From: Octopus bimaculoides
Taxonomy: Eukaryota
NCBI RefSeq assembly: GCF_001194135.2
Contig: NC_068999.1
Span: 2,804,355 to 2,853,539 of the forward strand
Length of the DNA stretch: 49,185 bases
Direction: 5' to 3'
Made by a program: the position numbers and the translations under genes
The notes under the pieces: model-generated
Told to the model about the DNA's origin: nothing
Database searches by the model: none
What the model saw: the letters and a program-made list of their open reading frames with translations, nothing else
Part shown: positions 35,576 through 48,996 of the stretch, one piece after another
Numbering within the stretch: position 1 is the stretch's first letter
Layout of the letters: every line of letters begins with the position of its first letter

Positions 35576-36745
35576 AGATCACTTTAATAACTAACAACCT
35601 GTTTACCAATCAACTGATCTCGATCAAAATATTAGGAAATGATAAAAATAAAGATCAAAACTCGGCCCCACACCATTTTATAAACACACACACACACACA
35701 CACATTATTCGAAATCTGTAACCTTGCTGGTTCTAATGCTAAATGTTTGGTAGCTATTTCTGGCAGTTCGAAACTGTATTGTTATAGTAACTAAAATATC
35801 TGAAACTTAACGATTAAAAAAAGAAGAGAAGATTGTGGAACGTTTGGTAATATTTAGTAGAGCAGCTAGTAATGGTGAGCGAAATATAATAATAATTCCA
35901 ACGTTAAGTGTCCATTAATTTCATACTCAAGTTCTTCAATTGCTGGCTAATGTCACTTTAGTTTCATTGACCTTCAACTCATAAAAAATAACTCTCGTAC
36001 CAATACCTTGTCCATTATCTACGCCCAGAAATAACTGCAGGATGTTATTCAAATGGGAATGTCCGGTCTCACACCGGAAATCGGAATTGGTTTTCACAAT
36101 CACTGTTCCTGCAAATGATGATGATGATGGTGTTTGCTGCTACTATTGTTGTTGTTATAGCTACTGTCTCACTTCTTGTTTCAGTGCAACACACAAGCCA
36201 TTCGGTTCATTTTCAAGAACCCTATCATATATTACTATATGTGTGTGTGTGTGTATTCACACACACACACACACGTTTGTATGTATGTACGTATGTATAT
36301 ACGTATGCATGTCCCTTTTCTTTCAATGCTTACTGGATCCGGAGGAAGGGTCAGAGATGGTGTGAATTAGTGTTAAAACTGTAACATATCTGTGTAAAAT
36401 TGTGCCACGTCACTTCTGGTTTCGGGCTGAGTCTTCCTTTAAGGAACCTTTCACGACTTTAATCGTCTTAACTCTATATCAAAAATAACATCACTTATAT
36501 TTCTTCACTAAACCCGCCGATTACTAATTACAATTCTCATTTAAACATTTTCAAATTGCAGATGCGGCACAGCGGAGACACTTTCCTAACGTTGACCCCC
36601 AGTTCGTGGCCAAAGCTTAATCTTGCGCTGCCAGCATAGTGCGCTCGGTCTCTTTTTTTTAGGGTTCCTTTCATCAGCCAGTCCCACCTATGGTTTCCAG
36701 CAACTTCTGTTTTTGGCTACACTTTCAAAGGTTTAATTGTTGAAG

Positions 36746-36885
36746 AATATCCGTTTCTGCTCTAAGGACAAGGCCCGACATTTTGGGAGAGGGACCAGTC
36801 AATTAAATCGACCCCAGTACGCAACGGGTACTTAATTTATCGATCCCAGAAAGGATGAAAGGCAAAGTCGACCTCGGCGGAATTT
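36746..36885 (-). mobile_element. SINE family A, 5'-truncated, minus strand
   Basis: Reverse complement of aaattccgccgaggtcgactttgcctttcatcctt..ctggggtcgatttaattgact plus tail. It ends at the (TAG)n/(GTT)n array at 36891-36955. Confidence 0.9.
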
Positions 36886-36889
36886 TATT

Positions 36890-36939
<50 letters not shown>

Positions 36940-36955
36940 TGTTGTTGTTGTTGTT

Positions 36956-37067
36956 AAGCTGGTGAGCTGGCGGATAAAACGCTTAGCGGCGTTTATTCCG
37001 TCCATCTTTACGTTATTAGTCCAAAATTCCGCTGAAATTGCTGGCCTTATGCTGGAATTTGAAACCA
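36956..37067 (+). mobile_element. SINE family A, internally deleted, degenerate
   Basis: aagctggtgagctggcgga..cgcttagcggc..aaaattccgctga..gccttatgctggaatttgaaacca. Head and tail are present, and the core is missing. Confidence 0.65.
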
Positions 37068-38140
37068 AGACTAATAATAATTCTAGCTTTTAAATTATTT
37101 TTCATACTTAATGAATATTAATTTCTAATAGTCAACATACAAACAGCATACAACATATTATAATTCCTAATATAGACAACATACAGACGACACATTGTGT
37201 GAGCGTCTGGTACTTCATGTTTAACATGTCGGAAAGTAGGAAAAGATATAGTCGACATTAGTAAGATTAGAACTCAGAGCATAAACGGCCGGTTGTAACT
37301 AAATACAAGTCATTTAATCTTGGATCTGTCATCAACTCCCCTCGCTCCACCATCTAGTCCGGCATCATCTGTCTGTCATCCGATTCTCTCATCCGCCCTC
37401 TCTTATATAGAATGAAATAATATAAATAAAAGAGATTGTTGTATAATGTTGAATGAAATGTAAAAGTGTTACTTGTGGAACTTAATTTTCTACAGGAAAA
37501 CATCGAGAAACAATATCAGATGTGATGATTCGCTTTAAGTTGTGTGACAATGGGAAAATATGAAAGATTTCTGTGTTAGATAATAAGTTTATTCACTTCT
37601 TTATAAAGATATTTTCAATAGAGATATCTCAGGTGTTGTGTTTGGTCGACAATAATTCTCTAAAGACAGGATATGTGCACAAAAAATGGAAAATGTAACT
37701 AAGAAGTTCTGTAAAGAATTGAAAATGGAATCTGAACAAAAAATTGATTGAGGAAGAAAAATGTTTATCATTGAAAAAAAAAAAAGAATTTTTTTTTCAA
37801 AAGATTCCATCAAATTGTTTTCATCTTTTAGTAATTTTCAGTTTTATTTCTCACATGAAATGATTGAGAAATTTGTAATGTTGTTGTTTTATTGAAGAGA
37901 GTGTTGTGTTCGAACCCTCTTCTCACTTACAACTTTGCAAAAGCTGGTAGCAACATGAAAGCGAAGTTGTTTGCAATTTCCTCCATGTTGGAAAGATGCG
38001 GGTCTGACTCGACACACAGACAGACGGTGGCTGGGTAAATGAAGCAGGCAGAAGTGATGTAACAGTAGTGTGACGTCATAGGGAACAGAGGTTTAGTTCA
38101 ATGATTAGATCTGGAGTTAGGAGGGACTAATTAGTTTCTC

Positions 38141-38205
<65 letters not shown>

Positions 38206-38499
38206 AATAACAAAACACGGAAGATAGAACAAACAAGAACAGCAGTAATAATAATAATAATAATAATGATGATGATGATGATGAGGAGGAGGAGGAGGAG
38301 GAGAAAGAGGCGGAAATGGTTTAGATGGTTTAAATACAACTATTAAGGAAAGCATAGAATGTGGTTAGTGAACACCGAGTTTACCAGAACCATAAATAAC
38401 ATCACAAGCGACACCACCACCACCACCACCAACATCACCACCAACACCAACACCAACACCATACTAACTTAAATATAAGCGTGTGTGTGTGCATGTGTT

Positions 38500-38532
<33 letters not shown>

Positions 38533-38736
38533 ATGTATGTATAAACATATATATGTGTGTATGTATGTATGCATGTATGTATGTATGTAAGTATCGCAGG
38601 CGTGACTCTGCCTTGAAATGTTTGCTTCCAAACTACTTAATTCCGAGTTCAGCCTCACTGCGTGGCTCCACGGACAGGTTTCTTCAATTATAGTCCCGCG
38701 CTACACACACACACACTGCATATATATATATATATA

Positions 38737-38945
38737 CACGAGGGGATGCTGAGGAGATCCTGGCTTTCGGTACGGTAAAAGAAAATACAGGAGGATCAGT
38801 TGATTAGGATTTTATTCAACCTCAGATTCCCCTCTCAGAATCTCACCATTACTGCAGCGACCCCTCAGTTTTTGAAGTCCTGTAAAAGAAGTCAGAAGGC
38901 TGGGCCTCCAGCTAGGCCTTTCGCGACGCCCTTAAAGCCAGGGAA
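38737..38945. mobile_element. Mariner-like MITE relic
   Basis: Begins TA|cacgaggggatgctgaggagatcctggcttt (mariner-type terminal inverted repeat after TA). The inverted aaagccagg at 38934-38942 matches the inner part of the left repeat, and the outer right repeat is lost. Confidence 0.5.
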
Positions 38946-39887
38946 TGACGTCTGAGTCAGACTGGCGTTCTATCCATGGAGAAATTTAAACAATCACTCA
39001 CTTCATACCACTAAATTGAAGCTATGCACCGGCGCAGATAAGAAAGGAATAATTCGGATCTTTGCGGGGACATTTTAACAACAATAGCATGAACATGACG
39101 AATAATAACTACAACAATAAGTTTGATATTAATAATTAGGAAAATGGACGGGGGGGGGGGGGGGGGCACCCATCCAACCCCTGCTCCCACACCGTCGTGG
39201 ACAAGCTGCTGGTGAGGCTTCGACGCGATTCTGGTCACTGTAAACACTCGTAATAAAATAATATAATTAATTTAATAGCAAAATTATATTGATTCCGTGT
39301 CTTTAGTTAAGAGGGAGAGGTGGTGCCGGTGGTGGTGGTGGTGGTGGTGGTGTTTATTTGAGGAATGTCAAACTGGTGTGGGGGAGATGGGAGAGGTGGG
39401 GGAAGCTGGTAGGAGTAATTTTTTTTTTTTTAAAGGGGGCAGTGGGTCTGGGTGTTTTCGTTACTTCAGGGTAACCTCCGTTGAATTCCTTAATCCTTTA
39501 GTGCAGGGAAAACGTGAGGGGAAAACTAAAACGAACATTATCAATTAAATAAACACATACACACACACATACGCGCACATACGCGCACACATACACCCAC
39601 ACACACACACACACACACACATACGAATAAAAGGTTATACGTTGACATACACGCTTTCGTAAATACTTAAGAATAATATGTGTATGCATATATACGTGTG
39701 AGCGTGTGTATACATCTATGCAGATATAAAAAGACACACACACACACTATATATATATATATACACACACATATATATATATTGTATTATATATATATAT
39801 ATATATATATATACACGCGCGTGTGTGTGTATACACATACACGAACATATATTTGTATGTTGATACACATATACAGGTTTGTATTTG

Positions 39888-39939
<52 letters not shown>

Positions 39940-40145
39940 TATCTATCTATCTATCTATCTATCTATCTCTTCTCTCTATATATATATTTGTGAGTGTGAG
40001 TGTGTGTGAGTGTGTGAGATAAAAATTAGTTATAATTAAAACTATCTACACGCATGTATGTAGTGCACGCAAAGATGTACACACACATATACACATACAT
40101 ACACATGCGTGCGTGCGCGCGCACGCAAGATAATACAATTTCTGA

Positions 40146-40352
40146 CAAACACTCGGGACCTGTAATTTGGCGGAGAAGAAGGATTCCACGATTTAAACTG
40201 AGCCAAGTACTTGACTGGTACTTTATTTTACCGACCCTGGAAGAATGAAAGTAAAGGTGACCTCGGCAGGATTTGAATTCAGGACACAACGAACCGAAAG
40301 AAATTCCGTTAAGCGTTTTAGTGGATGCTCTAACGATTTGTTTGCGGAATAC
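40146..40352 (-). mobile_element. SINE family A, old degenerate copy
   Basis: ctggtactttattttaccgaccctggaagaatgaaagtaaaggtgacctcggcaggatttgaattcagg..taagcgtt..ctaacgatt is a reverse-complement match to the family A core and head. Similar very old copies occur at ~2800-2900 and ~37205-37320. Confidence 0.75.
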
Positions 40353-40477
40353 CCTTCCACACCACCACCACCACTAGTACTGGTACCAATATTAGTATAA
40401 CACAAACACACACATACACATTATGTGTATTTGTGTGTGTATGTATATGTGTGCGTGCTTATGTGTGTGTGTGTATA

Positions 40478-40513
<36 letters not shown>

Positions 40514-40810
40514 TGTGTATGTATGTATGTATATGTGTGTGTGTATGTATGTATGTATGTATGTGTGTATGTATGTATGTATGTATGTATGTGTGTATGT
40601 GTGTATGTATATATATGTGTGTGTGTATGTATGTATGTATGTATGTATGTGTGTGTGTGTGTATGTATTATATAAATTCGTGTGTGCTCGTGCAACCTGT
40701 GGTGAAGAGAAAATCCAAATCGATATCGATGAGGGCGGTGATAGGAAACTGTGATTAGCGAACAATTCCCTGGTCATTTGTTAAATGTTTTATATTAAAG
40801 ATATAAGCGA

Positions 40811-40826
40811 GCGGTAGGGGGCGCTA
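40811..40826 (+). promoter_or_regulatory. CTCF-like motif
   Basis: gcggtagggggcgcta matches the CTCF core CCGCTAGGGGGCGCTA at 14/16 positions, in an AT-rich background. This is a motif match only. Confidence 0.4.
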
Positions 40827-42976
40827 CTGGGGTTTGGCTTGCAGAACACGTGTTTGGGACGTGTTTAACTCGGGCTATCTTCCATGTTGTTAGGTCAGAG
40901 GTGAACGGGTAGATGTCGTGACTGTCATTAGNNNNNNNNNNNNNNNNNNNNNNNNNNNNNNNNNNNNNNNNNNNNNNNNNNNNNNNNNNNNNNNNNNNNN
41001 NNNNNNNNNNNNNNNNNNNNNNNNNNNNNNNNNNNNNNNNNNNNNNNNNNNNNNNNNNNNNNNNNNNNNNNNNNNNNNNNNNNNNNNNNNNNNNNNNNNN
41101 NNNNNNNNNNNNNNNNNNNNNNNNNNNNNNNNNNNNNNNNNNNNNNNNNNNNNNNNNNNNNNNNNNNNNNNNNNNNNNNNNNNNNNNNNNNNNNNNNNNN
41201 NNNNNNNNNNNNNNNNNNNNNNNNNNNNNNNNNNNNNNNNNNNNNNNNNNNNNNNNNNNNNNNNNNNNNNNNNNNNNNNNNNNNNNNNNNNNNNNNNNNN
41301 NNNNNNNNNNNNNNNNNNNNNNNNNNNNNNNNNNNNNNNNNNNNNNNNNNNNNNNNNNNNNNNNNNNNNNNNNNNNNNNNNNNNNNNNNNNNNNNNNNNN
41401 NNNNNNNNNNNNNNNNNNNNNNNNNNNNNNNNNNNNNNNNNNNNNNNNNNNNNNNNNNNNNNNNNNNNNNNNNNNNNNNNNNNNNNNNNNNNNNNNNNNN
41501 NNNNNNNNNNNNNNNNNNNNNNNNNNNNNNNNNNNNNNNNNNNNNNNNNNNNNNNNNNNNNNNNNNNNNNNNNNNNNNNNNNNNNNNNNNNNNNNNNNNN
41601 NNNNNNNNNNNNNNNNNNNNNNNNNNNNNNNNNNNNNNNNNNNNNNNNNNNNNNNNNNNNNNNNNNNNNNNNNNNNNNNNNNNNNNNNNNNNNNTATATA
41701 CACACATACATGTATGCGTGTGAGTATTTCACTGATAGTATATTGCACCCGTTTATGTCGGTGATTATCAGTTTAAGCTATAATATCAGCCATTGTATGG
41801 AAATTAAATTGATGTTGTTTCTTCTAAAATTCACATCATATTTCTCTCTCTTTTTCTCCGCTTATCTTTAATTTTCGTTTTCATTTCAAATGATCAAGGG
41901 ACAGAAACGACAGAAGCAAATATAATAAAATATGTAGAGAATATGTCTGAATGAAACCCACCATTGTAATTGTTGTTATAAGATGAGGAATGGTGTATTT
42001 GACGAGTGAGGAACACGATTCTTTCTTTTTCTTTTTCTTTTTTTTTTAAATGGAAACATTCTTATAGAGAATATGTGAGACTAATGGACTGTTGATGAAA
42101 AGGTGAACAAAAAACATTGCCTATAAAGATTGTTAAACAAATTGAGTTGGATGTCAAACGCCTGGCGCCACTGTGAATAGTCAATTCAAAAATGGAATGG
42201 AAAGACATTTGAGCAAAACAAAGCAAACTGAAACGGTATATGACATGACGAAACGAAACAAATAAAAGAAAGAATAACGTAAGAACTCGGAGAGTGAGAG
42301 AACGAGAGAGAGAGAGAGAATACATTTGTTGGTTGGTTCTCAATGTCTGCCAATGATGTAATAAGTGGACTGTAAGATAGGAGACACAATGTCGACTAGA
42401 GTGTGCATTGAAACATGCTTCTTATATAAATATATTTGCAGAGAAGACGAAGGAGAACAACAACTAATAACATCGATTGCAACTATAAAAATAGCAATAC
42501 AAGAAGAAAAAAAACACGTACACACACATCCACACACATCCACACACACACACACATGCTCACACACACACGCACACACAATGTATGGATGTATGAACGA
42601 TTACGTGTTTGTATTAGTGTTGCGTATCGTTAATCAATTTGCCATCCTTACTTTCAAAAATTAGTTGAGAACAAAACTACATATACATATATGTGTGTGT
42701 GTGTGCGTGTGTGTGCGTGTGTGTGCGTGTGTGTGTGTGTGTACATAATATGTATACTTAGTGAGAAAAAGCAAATAAATAAAATATACAATTTCGTTAT
42801 TAGCCGAGAATGTGAGAGTACAACACATGTTACTCAAGGGATTACAGTTTCGCATCGAGAAACTGTTAAACTTGTTTTGAGATGTGCCTGTATATAGCTG
42901 TAACGATTGGAATTTTCTCAGACATGACATACATACATACATACATACATACATACATACATACACACACACATAT

Positions 42977-43025
<49 letters not shown>

Positions 43026-43026
43026 C

Positions 43027-43066
<40 letters not shown>

Positions 43067-43337
43067 TTATGTACATATTTGTGTATGTTTGTGTGTCTAT
43101 ATGTTTGTATACATAGTTGTGTGTATGTATGTCTGTATCTATCTGTGTGTGTGTGTGTGTGTGTTGCTGTATATAGATGTGTTTGTATGAATGTAATATT
43201 TTCTGGAAGCTAAACCGTTTCAGAGCCAATTTCTACGGAGACAGTTTTTATAATGTTCTTTGTGAATATTTAAATTGATTTAATAAAAGGATTGAATCAA
43301 CGAGATGGAAATATATAGCAATTAAATTAATGAAATA

Positions 43338-43369
<32 letters not shown>

Positions 43370-43536
43370 CTACGTATGTGTATATCTACGTATGTGTGTA
43401 TGTACGTATATTTATATGCATATGTCCATATATATGTGCATATGCATGTGTGTGTATACATGTTTATATATATATGTGTGTGTGTGTGAGTGTGTGTACA
43501 CACACACATACTAAATGTATGTATATNNNNNNNNNN

Positions 43537-43582
<46 letters not shown>

Positions 43583-43663
43583 TATGAAATATATATATAT
43601 GCATATACTTATACATATATATATGCACATATATATGTGTATATGTATATATATATGCATGTA

Positions 43664-43707
<44 letters not shown>

Positions 43708-43717
43708 NNNNNNNNNN

Positions 43718-43761
<44 letters not shown>

Positions 43762-45004
43762 AGTGTGTGTGTGTGTGAATATGTATTATATATATATATA
43801 AATATAGTGTGATATTTCATTTAAGTATACGGATATTAATAATCTGACTGTAGAACTCAATATACATATATTTCATAATAAAGAGGAGAACGTAAATATG
43901 GAATTAAATAAATGCCAAAGGAATAGGAAATTATGTAATGAACTTCAATAGCATACAGTTGTTTCTGCTATGAGAGGCAGTGTACTCAGAAGTGGGTGCT
44001 TGTGCACTACCTTAAAGCTTCCTCGGATCTTCTACCACACCTCTTTGAAAATAACTTCATGTTTAGCCAAAGGGAATCAATATTTTCTTTGTATAGAACC
44101 CGAAAAAAAACAAAAAAACTTTTATTCTCATCGTTCCATAAAATAAAAACCTATACCACAATTCTCGGATAACGTCAGAATCAAAGGTGAGTGCCAAAGG
44201 TTAGAATCGTCATCTGGAAGAGCAGACAATTAGTCTGTATTTTATCCGGAGGTAATTGGTCAAACATGAGTTTAGTCTAACCGGAAAGACGATCGATTAA
44301 GATTTTTGTGTGAGAGAAATGTAATGGCCGCCATAGGAATGAAGTCGTGATTAACAATCAAGATGCCGTTTAATCATCAGTAAAATAGCATGAATGGGGT
44401 CTATTGACTGATGTTTAATGATTCAGTGATTCTTTATCTCGCGTTCTGGATGAAAAAAAAATGACGAAGAATATTTCTAGGAACAGAGGTGACTATCTTT
44501 ATCTTTGGAACGTTTAGTCTTTCATCAAAAATAAACTTGAATAGAAATCATAACTCATTTCAGAATTTTTCTTAATGAAATTCCCGACATTAGAAAACTT
44601 AAAATGGACTGGCAATAGAGAGGCAGCAGATTGGTAGCAGCAGAGTGGCAGCAGAGAAGCAGCACGATTGAAGTAGATTGGCAGCAGAAGAACAGGAGAT
44701 TACTAAGAAATCCGGGTTGAAGACGCTTTGTAAGTCGCCATCTTGATGATATTAAATTCGCAAAGAAAAAATTAATGATTCGGTTTATCTAATCAATTAG
44801 ACAAGATCTAGTTTGTGCCGTAATTTGTCGTTTTGTCATAAAAGCTGGGGTTTGTCATTCTGTCTGATATACTTAATGATAAAATTGCGGAAAGAAGCCA
44901 CCAGTAACTGCCAGAGAGGAAGAACTTGAAAGAATGCAGATATTTTGAGTAAGTTAACAACCAGAGGGAGAAGGAGAGAAAGAGAGAGAGAGGGAGAGAG
45001 AGAG

Positions 45005-45106
<102 letters not shown>

Positions 45107-45109
45107 GTT

Positions 45110-45315
45110 ATTCAGTTACTTCAGTTTGCCGTTAAACTGCAGCCATGCTGGTCCCGCTTTGAAGCGTTTAATCAAACAAACCAGCGTCGGAGTACTAATG
45201 CTTCTTAAGTTTTGTACATATTCTGGCGTCCATTTTGCCGAACCGCTAAGCTACAGGGATGTAAACCAACCGATATCGGTCGACATGCGGCATGGGGACA
45301 AACACAAAAACACAC
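45110..45315 (-). mobile_element. SINE 3' half (probably family B), truncated at a (TATC)n array
   Basis: ttttgccgaaccgctaagctacagggatgtaaac..ggggacaaacaca and the tail gcagccatgctgg. The assignment as the 3' half of the 6085 family rests on recall of the octopus consensus. Confidence 0.6.
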
Positions 45316-45321
45316 GCCCAC

Positions 45322-45405
<84 letters not shown>

Positions 45406-45701
45406 GATGTCTGTCTGTCAATGACGGTGAGCTGAAAAGTTCATTATCTGTGTGTGTGTGTATATATATATATAGACATACACATATATATCTATATATA
45501 TAATATATATATTTTTATATATATATATTATATATATATGATATATATTTATATATATTATACATACATACATACATACATACATACATACATGCATACA
45601 CACGTACATACATGAGTGTGTAAAGATCAACGCCAGCTTCGATCAAATGTTTAAAATCCTCGTCGTCCCGACGCTCTAATAACTAAACCCGGCCAACATT
45701 G

Positions 45702-45716
45702 CAGCGCCATCTACAA
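45702..45716 (-). promoter_or_regulatory. CTCF-like motif
   Basis: cagcgccatctacaa, whose reverse complement ttgTAGATGGCGCTG matches the 3' core of the CTCF consensus. The 5' positions mismatch. Confidence 0.3.
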
Positions 45717-47952
45717 AGTCAGAAATAACTTGATCACAGTTCTGTCATCGATATGTAATGATCTGTATTATCTCGCAGCTATCAGAGATGAATAAACGAA
45801 TCCCAATGATAGATTTAATGACAGACGAAACCGATCGATTGTTCCATTCGATCTCATTTCCTGCCCACTCAGGGTCATTCGGTTTAACAACAGGCTCAAT
45901 TTTTCAAAGCGAGGTTAAAAGTATGTTTAATAAAGATATGGTGGTAAATTTTATTACGAATTTTGTCTTAAACACGCTGTGTTAGTGTTCCAGTTTGATA
46001 AAGCCCAGTGTTTCAGTTATGATTGCTAAACATGAACCGATACATTTTTACAGCGATCAAAAAGAGCAATGGACAACAGTGTGTGTGTGTGTGTGTGTGT
46101 GTGCAAAAGCATCAGTTGGCCATGCATGAAAACCTCCGCTCTTTCCGTTCCCGGTGATGTGCTATAGAAAACCAAGACCAATGCCGCCCGGGGTCAGTAT
46201 CGTCGCCGTCGGCGAGAAATAGATATGTGTGCGCACGCGCGAGACTGTATGCATGTATGTATATNNNNNNNNNNNNNNNNNNNNNNNNNNNNNNNNNNNN
46301 NNNNNNNNNNNNNNNNNNNNNNNNNNNNNNNNNNNNNNNNNNNNNNNNNNNNNNNNNNNNNNNNNNNNNNNNNNNNNNNNNNNNNNNNNNNNNNNNNNNN
46401 NNNNNNNNNNNNNNNNNNNNNNNNNNNNNNNNNNNNNNNNNNNNNNNNNNNNNNNNNNNNNNNNNNNNNNNNNNNNNNNNNNNNNNNNNNNNNNNNNNNN
46501 NNNNNNNNNNNNNNNNNNNNNNNNNNNNNNNNNNNNNNNNNNNNNNNNNNNNNNNNNNNNNNNNNNNNNNNNNNNNNNNNNNNNNNNNNNNNNNNNNNNN
46601 NNNNNNNNNNNNNNNNNNNNNNNNNNNNNNNNNNNNNNNNNNNNNNNNNNNNNNNNNNNNNNNNNNNNNNNNNNNNNNNNNNNNNNNNNNNNNNNNNNNN
46701 NNNNNNNNNNNNNNNNNNNNNNNNNNNNNNNNNNNNNNNNNNNNNNNNNNNNNNNNNNNNNNNNNNNNNNNNNNNNNNNNNNNNNNNNNNNNNNNNNNNN
46801 NNNNNNNNNNNNNNNNNNNNNNNNNNNNNNNNNNNNNNNNNNNNNNNNNNNNNNNNNNNNNNNNNNNNNNNNNNNNNNNNNNNNNNNNNNNNNNNNNNNN
46901 NNNNNNNNNNNNNNNNNNNNNNNNNNNNNNNNNNNNNNNNNNNNNNNNNNNNNNNNNNNNNNNNNNNNNNNNNNNNNNNNNNNNNNNNNNNNNNNNNNNN
47001 NNNNNNNCCATCCCGCCATTTGTCTGCTTGTCTTTATATCCCAACATCCAACATTTATTGCTAGCAGAAATAATCATAACACAAAACTATTGTGGCACTT
47101 TTAGAATTTGCTGAAAGTCTTTCAAATCAGCGTAGATATGCCATAGCAAAGCCGATACAATTGATCAGCGCCTATCCGTAGGCATTTTCAATGGTCTGAT
47201 GGCTTTTGATATGATAGCAGTGTTGAGAATGACAAATCATACTCCATTTTAGCATCATAAATGGAGAATGAGAATCGACTTGTAAAGCGGGAGATTGGAA
47301 TTATTGAAGTATGTCTCGGTAAAAATGAAAAAAAGAGAAAAAGGAAGGAAGAAAGAAAGAAAAATGTCCGCCACAAAGAATCGTAGCTAACAAGCAAATT
47401 TTCTAATTGAAAGGCGTTAGATTTAACAAATAGCAACAGTCACTTTTGACTTTCATGAAGTCAAGTGGCGTGGAAACAAGCAAAACCATATTTGCCGTAA
47501 AAACTGACAGGTGATAGAGTGAGCGTTAACACGCCGTTTCTTCTGCTTGTTTTCTAATGAGGCATTAGCAATCTCGGTGGAATAAGCAATGGACTGTGAC
47601 AAAATCTCTTAGTTTGTCAACCGTGAAACTAATAATTGTAAAGAGAGGATAATTAGAGGACAGGCTATTCCATATGCAAAGAATAAGCAAATTAAGTCCC
47701 TAAGATACCCCGTAATTTTGTTTAATTGAGTATTATTCAGAGCTGAGAAACGATGTTTCCGGTTAATTAACTCATGACTTTCCAACCAGAATTTAATAAA
47801 AACTTTCCTTCAAACCATCTTTTCGTCATTTTTTTTTATTCCATTTTCTTTTATTTAAATTTTCTTTTTCCTTTCTATGTTCTATAATCTTATTTTCTAC
47901 ATTTTATTACTACCGCCCAACCTACTACCACCTTCCACTTCGAGACCAGTGA

Positions 47953-47974
47953 TCACGTGATAAAGATGGCTGCC
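47953..47974. promoter_or_regulatory. Compact E-box (TCACGTGA) / GATA / YY1-Pho (AAGATGGCTGCC) motif cluster
   Basis: gaTCACGTGATAAAGATGGCTGCCg contains three overlapping consensus motifs in 22 bp, at the start of a locally CpG-richer patch (47940-48130). Confidence 0.35.
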
Positions 47975-48139
47975 GTTTCATTGAAAGCGGCAACATTTCA
48001 ATAGAAGCGTATAAAATCAGCAACAACAATCATTAGCTCGTTATTAGCCATCACTAGCCCTGGGACAGATTGTTTACAACGGCCATTGATTTCGTATGCT
48101 ACAGCGACCGCCGCCGATTCCGAACCCACGATTACACAA

Positions 48140-48142
<3 letters not shown>

Positions 48143-48210
<68 letters not shown>

Positions 48211-48214
48211 TAAC

Positions 48215-48269
<55 letters not shown>
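48143..48269. repeat. (TAA)n microsatellite with CAA interruptions
   Basis: Seen directly. Confidence 0.97.
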
Positions 48270-48607
48270 GCTACTGTGCAGATATATGCAATTTAGTCAT
48301 GCATGCAGAAGCACGTGTACGTATGCACAAGTACCCCAGCAGATGCATATATATATATATATATATATATACACGCAGTCAGTTAAGCAACTGCAATAAA
48401 CACACGCACACACACGCGCGCGCGCGCGCACATGCATTTGCATTCCTGGAAATGTTCATTCATGTTTTATATGCATTATTTATACATTTGCTCTCTTTCA
48501 CACACACATACACACGCAAAGTGATGAAACTTGCTAATATGAATCTATATTCGCCTAATTCCAAATTAATTGGCAAAAAACAGTGATTCAAATATACACG
48601 ATTACAC

Positions 48608-48748
<141 letters not shown>

Positions 48749-48919
48749 ATAAACACTTTCGTATGTAATACATATATAGCCATATTAATTATATATCTAT
48801 CGCATAAGACCTACATTCACACATACATACATACATACATGCATACATGCATAAATACACATATACGTACATACATCTTTCATACATGCACACATGCATA
48901 TGTGTATACACACACGCTT

Positions 48920-48996
<77 letters not shown>

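Noticed and set aside
44600-44700. GGCAGCAGA-like reiterations as a poly-Q/poly-A coding tract
   Set aside because: The frame is irregular, stops lie nearby and there are no splice signals, so it is simple low-complexity sequence.
46112-46260. GC-rich patch with minus-strand frames (LADGDDTDPGRHWSWFSIAHHRERKERRFSCMAN) as a coding exon
   Set aside because: There is no recognisable homology or convincing splice pair. It may be regulatory but cannot be supported.
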